From contig JAHWHY010000002.1 in the NCBI GenBank assembly GCA_019323015.1, forward strand, positions 15,100-79,099: a DNA stretch of 64,000 nt. The letters are read 5' to 3'. Source of the DNA: Candidatus Woesearchaeota archaeon. GTDB lineage: Archaea > Nanobdellota > Nanobdellia > Woesearchaeales > ARS49. Positions 18,714 through 26,699 of the stretch are shown piece after piece. How positions within the stretch are numbered: position 1 is the first letter of the stretch; every line of letters begins with the position of its first letter. A program made the translations under genes and the position numbers. The notes beneath the pieces were generated by a model. It saw nothing but the letters and a program-made list of their open reading frames with translations. It ran no database searches and was not told where the DNA came from.

Positions 18714-18808
18714 TTGTGGTAAGTGGTAAGTAGTATGTAGTCAGTATTTGCCGAACATCAATTCCCGAATAACCGAGAACCACAAACTAATAACTAAAAA
18801 CCAACCAA
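18714..18808. repeat. Intergenic element copy 2
   Basis: Same 42-bp core (18748-18789). Arms: ttgtggt|aagtggt|aagtagt|atgtagt on the left and aaccgag|aaccaca|aactaat|aactaaa|aaccaac on the right. Confidence 0.85.
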
Positions 18809-18865
18809 AAGTTTATAAATAAAACCTCTATTCATTTTCTTATTTATGTAAAAAGGGGGATTTGC

Positions 18866-21800
18866 TTGAACTTACTTAGATTTGCAGCTGTTTTTATGTT
18901 GTTTCTAGTGCTGTCTCTGCCAGTTTGTATTGCGCAGTCTCTTGAGATTGAAAGTTTTGCTGGCAAGGATAATGTTCAGAATTATGCAAGGCCTGATGAT
19001 GATGTCACTATGAATGTCAAGGCCATGATTCCAAGGGATTTAGTCATCAGTGATTCACAGGTTAAGGTGTGCAGGGGAGGGAGTTGTTCTTATCCGTCTT
19101 GCTCTCCTGGAGAAAGTTTTAAGGCAGATGTGTTTAATGAATGCATATACAAGGAAACTTTGGCAGATGAAAAAGGCATCTTTCCGTATACTGTCCAGCT
19201 TTTTGATGATGACAATAATCCAGTAAAGACGCTCTCAACAGAGTTAGGTATTGATAAGGTTCCCCCGAATATTCTTAATTTCAGGATAACGCCGCCTGCA
19301 ACAAAGGATGCTGCTGTTATTGAGATTGATGCGCAGGATTATGGCTCTGAAAAAGGTGATGCAAGCTATTGCGCTGGCATAAAGCAGGTTGATTTTTATG
19401 ATGAGGCTACTGGAACTGTCTTGTTTACAAAAGAGTTTGGTTATGAAGAGTGTGATATAAGTGATTCTTTTGAGTACAGGCATCAAACAAAAGAAAAATC
19501 AGAAAAACTGGTTGTTTGTGCAAAAGCTATTGACTTGTTTAATCAGGAAAGCGAGCCTGTCTGCAGGGATTTTGTTTATGATGAAGAAGGCCCGAAGTTT
19601 ATCAGTCTGGGCATGGCTGATACAGAAGGCAATCCCATTAGCCACATAACAAGTTCAGGCGCAGATGTTGAGATGGTTGTCGAGATTGATGATGCTTCTG
19701 ATTTGAGTGCTGTCACTGCAGATTTGTCAAAAATTTCAGGAAAATCCTCTGATAAGAGCAGGAAATTTAATTACAAAAAGGATGGTCTGTTTTATTGGTC
19801 TGGTTTTAGGGTTAATCCTGGTACTGTTTGTTCTGTTGATGTCAGGGCTGTTGATGCCTTGGATAATTCTGCTAATGCTTCTTTGTCTTGTGATGTTCTT
19901 GTTGATGATGCAGGTCCTGAGGTTCAGGAATTGATGTCTAGTTATGAGGATTATACAGGCTCTTACATAATGGCGCCTGGCACGCAGATAAAGGCAAGGA
20001 TTCTTGAGCCTGGTGTCGGACTGCACAAGCACGAGGTTTATCTTGACTTGTCAGAGGTTAACCTTGGCACTCTTCAGGCAGATTATTGTGAAAAAAAATC
20101 AGATAAGCTCTGGGTTTGTTACTGGAATGACATAACCCCTGAAGTTCGTGATGGTGATTATCAGATCAGGATTACAGGGGATTCAAGAGATGACTTGGGT
20201 AATCCTGTTCTTGAAACAGCAGGCCTTGATGTTGAGACATACACAAAGGCTGCGCGGATTACTGCAATAAGCCAGTATCCTGTCTCGCCTTCTTATGAAG
20301 ATACTCTTGAGTTCACTCTTCGTGTTGAGAATGCAAAGACAGAGCCGAGTGTTTTTGTTGATGCTTCCCAGATAAGCAGTGATGCATTTCCAAAGCAGGC
20401 TCTCTGTACTGGTGCAGGTATTGAGGAATGGGAGTGTTCTGTTGATGTGGGAATGCTTAATCAGGTGTATATGAAGGAAATGATTACTTTTTCCACAAAA
20501 GGGGATTCTATGCAGGAGGTTCCTTTTGAGGTCACTGTTTATGAGCCAGAGCCTGCTGGGCGTGTTGACTTTTATACAATCACTGCAACTAGTGTGATGC
20601 CAAGGAAGGGCTTTGATAAGAGTATGATGGAAAGTGATATTCCTGTTCCTGTTTATTTGCAGCCAAGGCTAAAGAAAAAGGCGCCTGATTCAGACATGTC
20701 TATTCTTGAGACAAGTGCAGATTGCACTGCAGAGGGGGCTTCTGATGTTTATCTGGTTCAGGGAAATCCTGAAAAGCCGTATATTGTTGTGAAGGGTTCT
20801 TCTGACCTTGCTGACCAGGACACGCCTGTAAAGGTTGACTGCACTCTTTCATTGAGGCTGCGGGAGGGCGAGAGGGTTTTCAAGAATCTTGAGACAGAGT
20901 CTTTTAGTGTTAATATTCCTGTTTATGGCAATCCTTTGGGGACAATTGATGAGAATGCAAAGGCGCAGATTACTGCCATGGATGACAGGGTGTGGGATTT
21001 GCAGAAGAGAACCACCCGCTGGTCTGATGTCAATGATTGGGTCGGCACTATTGTTTGGCTTGCCCAGTCTCTTGCGCAGATGGATTCAACTAATAATTAT
21101 ATTGGGAGCATTCTTTGGCTTGTTGCTGTTGTGCTGTATGAGCTTAGGGTCATAAAGCCTTTGGGTATTGGTGATGCCTGCAAGGCAGCTTCAAAGTTTT
21201 TATGGAAGACTGTTGCCTGCAGTATGCTTACTGATTTAAACATGCTTGTTTTGGATTATGTCTGGAATCCTGGAATGATTGGGTCTGAGATTTTTTCAGC
21301 AAAGGCAAGTGTTGCAGCAGAGGGCTTGTGGACTACGCTGATAAAGACTGTTTCAATTATTTATTCCTGCCAGATGTGTGATTACAGCAGTTCTCTTTAT
21401 GCTGGAACTAAAAAGATTATTTATGGTGACACTAGTTTTGATATAGGTGCAAGCAGGGGCAAGCCGACTGAGATAGAGCGTTTTACTGTTTATGATTGGG
21501 ATCCTTACAGGAGCATGCATATTGCGATGGGCTGCTTGTGCATTCCTGGTATTGTTTATAATATGAGAAAAGAGGTTCAGGTCAATTGTATTTATCGTAA
21601 TTGCATTGAGCAGAATGCAGAGCTTGGTCTGCCGTTTGATTCCTGCCAGCAGACTTTCAAGGAGCAGAATTGTTTGTATGTTGATGGTGCTGCCTGGCGT
21701 GTTGCAGGTGGTTCTGGGATTGCTTTTACATTGAACAGCCTGCTTACAGTCATACTTGACCAGCTTCCTATGATGGTTACCAGTAAGGCATGGAGCATGG

Positions 21801-22069
21801 TTTGTGACCCAGACTGCGGCATGTTTGGTAAAGAGCAGACATCTGAAGAGAAGAATTGCGGAGAGTATGGGCTGGCGCTGAATAAGGGAAGCGGAGAGAG
21901 CGCGTATCCTGATAAGTGCAGGGATTATCCTGAGGATGACTGGCGTGTTCCTTTCTGTGCTTTGTGGACAGGAACAATGCTCTTGCAGGAGACTGATTTT
22001 TTTGGGACAAACAAGTTTGGCTGGGATAGGTATTATGCAGAACTGGAAGGTGAGGATTATTGTGATTAA
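18866..22069 (+). CDS. Family A1: giant secreted Ig-like protein with a Cys-rich helical C-terminal domain
   Basis: Sec signal ending PVCIAQ; DxxPP/DxxGP-linked beta-rich repeats; GCLCIPGIVYN motif. Collinear with 29022-32204. Confidence 0.85.
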   Translation: MNLLRFAAVFMLFLVLSLPVCIAQSLEIESFAGKDNVQNYARPDDDVTMNVKAMIPRDLVISDSQVKVCRGGSCSYPSCSPGESFKADVFNECIYKETLADEKGIFPYTVQLFDDDNNPVKTLSTELGIDKVPPNILNFRITPPATKDAAVIEIDAQDYGSEKGDASYCAGIKQVDFYDEATGTVLFTKEFGYEECDISDSFEYRHQTKEKSEKLVVCAKAIDLFNQESEPVCRDFVYDEEGPKFISLGMADTEGNPISHITSSGADVEMVVEIDDASDLSAVTADLSKISGKSSDKSRKFNYKKDGLFYWSGFRVNPGTVCSVDVRAVDALDNSANASLSCDVLVDDAGPEVQELMSSYEDYTGSYIMAPGTQIKARILEPGVGLHKHEVYLDLSEVNLGTLQADYCEKKSDKLWVCYWNDITPEVRDGDYQIRITGDSRDDLGNPVLETAGLDVETYTKAARITAISQYPVSPSYEDTLEFTLRVENAKTEPSVFVDASQISSDAFPKQALCTGAGIEEWECSVDVGMLNQVYMKEMITFSTKGDSMQEVPFEVTVYEPEPAGRVDFYTITATSVMPRKGFDKSMMESDIPVPVYLQPRLKKKAPDSDMSILETSADCTAEGASDVYLVQGNPEKPYIVVKGSSDLADQDTPVKVDCTLSLRLREGERVFKNLETESFSVNIPVYGNPLGTIDENAKAQITAMDDRVWDLQKRTTRWSDVNDWVGTIVWLAQSLAQMDSTNNYIGSILWLVAVVLYELRVIKPLGIGDACKAASKFLWKTVACSMLTDLNMLVLDYVWNPGMIGSEIFSAKASVAAEGLWTTLIKTVSIIYSCQMCDYSSSLYAGTKKIIYGDTSFDIGASRGKPTEIERFTVYDWDPYRSMHIAMGCLCIPGIVYNMRKEVQVNCIYRNCIEQNAELGLPFDSCQQTFKEQNCLYVDGAAWRVAGGSGIAFTLNSLLTVILDQLPMMVTSKAWSMVCDPDCGMFGKEQTSEEKNCGEYGLALNKGSGESAYPDKCRDYPEDDWRVPFCALWTGTMLLQETDFFGTNKFGWDRYYAELEGEDYCD

Positions 22070-22553
22070 TCATAAGAAAGTGGTTGTTGTTTTGGCTTTT
22101 GCTGTCTTGTTTTTGCTAGTCGTGCTTTCTAATAATATTACTGCTCCTACTCCTACAACTCCTTGGTATCAGGTTGAGGATTGGGAAAAAGAGGTTTGCT
22201 CTAAATGGGGCGGCACTCAGTTTTCTGGCCAGGCTGCAGTCACTTCTGGAAGAAAGTTTTCTTTTGCAGCGCTTACAGCTACTGTGCAGGGCAAAAGGCT
22301 GAAGACGCCTGAGAATTTTTATCTTTATGAGGTTGCCTGGTATATTGACTCTTTTGCAGAGGACATTGATTATGAGATTTCCTTGTTTCATCCTGACAAT
22401 GCAGAAGTTTTCAAGATTGTTGAGGCAGGAAGGCTTGTTCCTGAGGCAGGGACAACAGGGTATCAGGTTTATAACCTTACGCAGGATTTCACGCATATTA
22501 AATTCAAGTATACGGGCGGGCAGGTTGTCACGCCGATAATACAGGTGAGATGA
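22062..22553 (+). CDS. Family B1: exported hypothetical protein
   Basis: GTG start at 22062 with GGTGAGG RBS, overlapping the A1 stop. N-terminal TM; ATVQGKR...YLYEVAWYI resembles B2. Confidence 0.7.
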   Translation: MINHKKVVVVLAFAVLFLLVVLSNNITAPTPTTPWYQVEDWEKEVCSKWGGTQFSGQAAVTSGRKFSFAALTATVQGKRLKTPENFYLYEVAWYIDSFAEDIDYEISLFHPDNAEVFKIVEAGRLVPEAGTTGYQVYNLTQDFTHIKFKYTGGQVVTPIIQVR

Positions 22554-22554
22554 A

Positions 22555-23319
22555 ATGAAGTTATTGTTTGTTGAAAGCTTTAGGAAGATTGACAAGAGAT
22601 TTGTTTATGTTGTGTTGTTTGATTTCTTGTTTTATGCAGGGCTTGCGCTCTCTGTTATTTTGTTCCTGAAACTGCTTGCATGGGGGCTTGGCTCGCTTCA
22701 CCAGCTTCCTGGAAAGTTTCTTGCAATGAGCAGGATGTCTGATTTTGGGCAGTTGGGTGCTGGTGCAGAGGACCTGGGTTTGTTGTTGAATCAGTTCAAG
22801 GCAAAGCTTTTTGTTGCTTTTGTCGTGTTTTGGCTCTTTGTTGTTCTTGTTTTTACTTTTTTCAAGGGTCTTGCATGGAGTTTTGTTTTAGGGCAGAAGA
22901 TTGATAGGAAATTCTTGATTAAGTTTTTTAAGCTTAATCTGTGGTGGCTTGGTATTATTGCAGGAATGTTTTTGGTTGTGTTCTGGCTGACAAAGCCTGC
23001 TGCAACAGGTTTTTCTGTAATGCTGCTGCTGGCGCTTGCATTGTATTTTACTCCTGTTTTTTATGCATTGTTTAATCCAAAGAAAGATGTCAGGGATTTG
23101 TTTGCCCGGTTGTGGCATGTTGGTATTGAGAGATTTTATTTTTTTATTTTGCCTTTTATTGCTGCAAAGCTTGTTTTGTTTGTTTTTCTTGCTGTAATGG
23201 CTGTTGTTTTGCTTGCAGTTGTTCCTGATATTGCGCTTTATGGCTTGTTTGCGTGTTTTGTGGTGTGGCAGTCCTGGTTCAAGTATTATGTTTGTCTGGT
23301 TGCAGGGAGGATTAAATGA
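22555..23319 (+). CDS. Family C1: multi-pass membrane protein
   Basis: About 6 TM segments; FRKIDKRFVYVVLFD and FKGLAW...KFFKLNLWW motifs shared with C2 and C3. Confidence 0.8.
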   Translation: MKLLFVESFRKIDKRFVYVVLFDFLFYAGLALSVILFLKLLAWGLGSLHQLPGKFLAMSRMSDFGQLGAGAEDLGLLLNQFKAKLFVAFVVFWLFVVLVFTFFKGLAWSFVLGQKIDRKFLIKFFKLNLWWLGIIAGMFLVVFWLTKPAATGFSVMLLLALALYFTPVFYALFNPKKDVRDLFARLWHVGIERFYFFILPFIAAKLVLFVFLAVMAVVLLAVVPDIALYGLFACFVVWQSWFKYYVCLVAGRIK

Positions 23320-25880
23320 ATAAGAGGGCTCAGGTAACAATTTATATCATTATCGGGATAGTGATATTGTTTTCAATAGCCACTGCAGTTTATGTTGCGC
23401 ATAGATTGTTGGTTTCTCCTGAGGAGATTGCTACTGTTGACAGGCCGATTAAGGATTATGTTGAGGCGTGCATACAGCAGGTTGGTGAGCAGGCCTTGCT
23501 TCCTGTGGGAGCTTCAGGCGGTTATCTTGATCCTGGTAATCCTGTTTTGTCTGGTCAGGATTTTTTTGTCTCTAAAGATCCTGCAGAGGGTGATGCTTTG
23601 CTTGTCTCTGAATTAACTGGTGACTTTATTCCTTATTGGTTTTACATGTCAACTGGGAATGACTGCAAGCAGTGCATGATGGAGTCTATGCAGCCTTCTA
23701 TTGAGCAGGTCAAGAGCCAGATTGATGGTTATATGGAGGAGCATCTTGAAGAGTGCATTCACTCTTTTGAGCCGTTTCTTGAGCAGGGCTATATTTTTGA
23801 GACAGGTGATGTGCAGTCAGATATTTTGCTTGCTGAGGAGAGCACGAGGTTCTTGGTTAATTATCCTGTGACTGCAAAAAAGCTTGATGTGACCACGAAA
23901 ATGGAGAATTTTGTTGGTGTTGTTGATGTTCCTTTCAAGAAGATGTATGATTTGGCAGGCAGGATAACTAAAGAGGAAAAAGAAAAGGCGTTTCTTGAGA
24001 GTGTCTTGTTTCATTTTATCTCGCTTCATACTGGCCTGGAGATGTCAAAGCTTCCTCCGCTTGGAGGTGTTACGCATGACAAGATTCTTGTCAATTGGTT
24101 CAGGCCTATGGTTGAGATGAATGTTCAGCAGCTGCTGCTTAGTTATATTCCTTTGATTCAATTGTATAACACTAAGGATGCAAGGCAGGTTTCTGCTGGA
24201 GATAATGTTTTTGAGGAGGGCTTTTACAAGGGGCTTTACCTTAAGTTTTTGAAGGAGAAGCATCCGTTTAATGTTAATTTCATGTATCTTGAGTGGCCTT
24301 TTTATTTTGATATAACTCCTCGGTCAGGAGAGATTTTGACAGGTGAGGCGCATATCCAGGAGTGGCCGTTTAATTTTGCAACTGCATTCCAGACAAATTA
24401 TTATGAGTTTTATTATGATGTTTCTGCTCCTGTGATGGTTGAGATAAGGGATCCAGACGCCCTGAAAGGAAAAGGTTATTCCTTTAATTTTGCTCTTGAG
24501 TTGAATGTGCGCGATAACAAGGATTTTGTTGAGTGGAACAGGGGTGAGGGGACTATTGGCTACTGGGATTCTTCAAAAGCAGGTATTGAGACAAAGGATG
24601 TTGAGACGCAGACAGGCGTGTGTTCAGAGCAGGGCAGTATGTGGAAATGTGATATTTCAGGCAGGTCTTATCCAGGCCAGGTGGAGTGTGTGCAGAATTG
24701 TTATGTCTCAACGTCAAGACGGGTTCCTTTTAAGCCGGTGAAGAAATTGTTTGCAGATGAGAATCAGAAAGTAAGTGATACGCATATAATTTCTGTTTTT
24801 GATGCTGTCACAAAACAAGGAGTAAATGAGGTTAGTATATTGTTTACCTGTGGAAAATACAAGACTGTTATTCTTGGCGGGACAGATTTACGGGGGCGGC
24901 TCAAGACCAAGCTGCCTATGTGCATTAATGGCCAGCTTTCTTTTGACAAGGATGGTTATGCAAAAAAGATTATTCCTTTGACAGTCAAGCCAGATGACAG
25001 GAAAGAGATAGATGTTTTCATGGAGCCAGAGGCACAGGTAAAAGCCACGATTAAGAAATACCCTATTCAGATAAGGAATTTGAGGGAGCTTGAGTATTCA
25101 CAGGAGCCAGAGGCACAGCTTTCAGTTAGTTATGCAGAGATTGACAGCTGGGAGGGCCTGGGCATGTCTGCTCTTGGCGGTTTTCAGGAGGTATTGAATC
25201 CTATTTCATTGAGCATTCACTGGGAAGAGGAAGGCTATAAGGTTGGGAAAGAGCAGAAGAACATGAAGATTTATGATAGGTATTGCTGTGATGCTCCTGA
25301 AAAATTAAATGCAAGTTACAAGGCGATTTTGATGGTTGAGAAGATTCCAGAAGAGCTTCTTGAGCCTGCTTATTTTCAGGCAATGATGCTTGAGAAAGGT
25401 GTTTCAGAGGATGTTATATCGCTTGTTCCTGGATTGTATAAGGTTACTGGGATGCTTATTGATGTGGATGGTTTTGTGATTGAGCCGGGGTGTCAGGAGA
25501 TTTGTCTTGAGTATGATACTGGCACTGAGTTTTATGTTGAGGAGATTGTTGGAGGAGTCATTGACCCTCTTGGCGCTATTCCAGAGGAAAAGCCTGAATG
25601 CAAGGAGTGGGGTTATTTCCCTGAGGAGGAGATTGTTGCAAAGCCTTCTTTGATGGGCGGTGTAATGCTGGATAATGCCACTGGTTACTGGAATGTGACG
25701 CGGGCAGACCTTAACAAGGGTGCTGTTGAGTTTTATTTTATCCAGACTCTGAAGCCGACATGCACTGCTGTTCAGGATTGTGTTCTTGATGTTTGTGTTG
25801 ATGTTGGTGAGACTCAGGCAACAAATTCATATTCTGCCAAGTACAGGGAGTATCTTGAGCCTGTGTTTAGTAGGCAGTGA
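23316..25880 (+). CDS. Family D1: large protein with class III (type IV pilin-like) signal peptide
   Basis: MNKRA|QVTIYIIIGIVILF; conserved blocks shared with D2 and D3. Confidence 0.8.
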   Translation: MNKRAQVTIYIIIGIVILFSIATAVYVAHRLLVSPEEIATVDRPIKDYVEACIQQVGEQALLPVGASGGYLDPGNPVLSGQDFFVSKDPAEGDALLVSELTGDFIPYWFYMSTGNDCKQCMMESMQPSIEQVKSQIDGYMEEHLEECIHSFEPFLEQGYIFETGDVQSDILLAEESTRFLVNYPVTAKKLDVTTKMENFVGVVDVPFKKMYDLAGRITKEEKEKAFLESVLFHFISLHTGLEMSKLPPLGGVTHDKILVNWFRPMVEMNVQQLLLSYIPLIQLYNTKDARQVSAGDNVFEEGFYKGLYLKFLKEKHPFNVNFMYLEWPFYFDITPRSGEILTGEAHIQEWPFNFATAFQTNYYEFYYDVSAPVMVEIRDPDALKGKGYSFNFALELNVRDNKDFVEWNRGEGTIGYWDSSKAGIETKDVETQTGVCSEQGSMWKCDISGRSYPGQVECVQNCYVSTSRRVPFKPVKKLFADENQKVSDTHIISVFDAVTKQGVNEVSILFTCGKYKTVILGGTDLRGRLKTKLPMCINGQLSFDKDGYAKKIIPLTVKPDDRKEIDVFMEPEAQVKATIKKYPIQIRNLRELEYSQEPEAQLSVSYAEIDSWEGLGMSALGGFQEVLNPISLSIHWEEEGYKVGKEQKNMKIYDRYCCDAPEKLNASYKAILMVEKIPEELLEPAYFQAMMLEKGVSEDVISLVPGLYKVTGMLIDVDGFVIEPGCQEICLEYDTGTEFYVEEIVGGVIDPLGAIPEEKPECKEWGYFPEEEIVAKPSLMGGVMLDNATGYWNVTRADLNKGAVEFYFIQTLKPTCTAVQDCVLDVCVDVGETQATNSYSAKYREYLEPVFSRQ

Positions 25881-26550
25881 TGTTAAGCATTAGAAGTTGT
25901 GTGCAGGATTTTTTGGTTGTTTCGTCTTTTATCTTGCTGCAGGTGTTGTGTCCTGCTGCTGCTAGATTAAAATAACATTGGTCTCTTACTTTTTGCTCGC
26001 TTATTTTTGCGCAGAATTCCGGCTTTGCAGCTGTTCCTGCAATTTGTGCATAACAGCTGTCTTTTTCCATTCTTGTTTTTAGGTCGCTGCAGAGGGCTTC
26101 TGCCCTGTCTGGTTCTGTTGTGCTTATCTCTCTTATTTCTGCTATTTTCATTGAGCTCTCAAATTCCTGTGTGTCTTCTGCAGGCGGTATTTTTATTTTT
26201 TCTGCAGGGGGTACTGGTATTTTGTCCAGGTCTATTTCTTCTTCTGTGATGATTTCTTCTTTTTGAAGCTCTTCTTTTTCTGGTATTGGAATTTCTTCTT
26301 TTGGAAGAAGTATATCTTTTTCAGGTGTCTGCATTTTTACATAAACAAGAACAGTTAGCACAATGATTACAAGTATAATCAGGGCTATTGCAATCCATAT
26401 CAAGGGCGGTTTTGGTTTTGCCTCTTTTATTGCTGCATCAACAACAGATGTGTTATTTCCTTGTCTTAGAAGAGTTTGTCTTATTTCAGTTGTACTATAC
26501 CCAGCTTTTAGCTGATCCTTGATATACTTCACCAAGCTCGCATTTGCCAT
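25867..26550 (-). CDS. Membrane protein with a small helical N-domain and C-terminal Cys repeats
   Basis: LVKYIKDQLKAGYSTTEIRQTLLRQG N-domain, TM, Pro/Glu linker, then repeats of C..I.....(R/K)D.CY...A. Confidence 0.75.
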   Translation of the reverse strand: MANASLVKYIKDQLKAGYSTTEIRQTLLRQGNNTSVVDAAIKEAKPKPPLIWIAIALIILVIIVLTVLVYVKMQTPEKDILLPKEEIPIPEKEELQKEEIITEEEIDLDKIPVPPAEKIKIPPAEDTQEFESSMKIAEIREISTTEPDRAEALCSDLKTRMEKDSCYAQIAGTAAKPEFCAKISEQKVRDQCYFNLAAAGHNTCSKIKDETTKKSCTQLLMLNITAY

Positions 26551-26699
26551 ATATTTGGTAAGAATATGATTTGTATTATAAAAATTGTTTGTTATTAAAT
26601 GATAGTTAATTTTTGCACGGGTGTTTATATACGATTTTCCAATAAATTTATAAATAGAACCAAGATAAGCATATATTATAGTAAAAAAGGGTTGATTGT

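Noticed and set aside
17409-18789. CRISPR array from the 42-bp repeat
   Set aside because: Only two copies 1.3 kb apart with whole genes between them; no cas genes.
21936-22061. Extended N-terminus of B1 (and likewise 43631-43726 for C3) given by the ORF track
   Set aside because: These overlap the upstream A genes extensively. Downstream starts at 22062 (GTG with RBS) and 43727 fit translational coupling.
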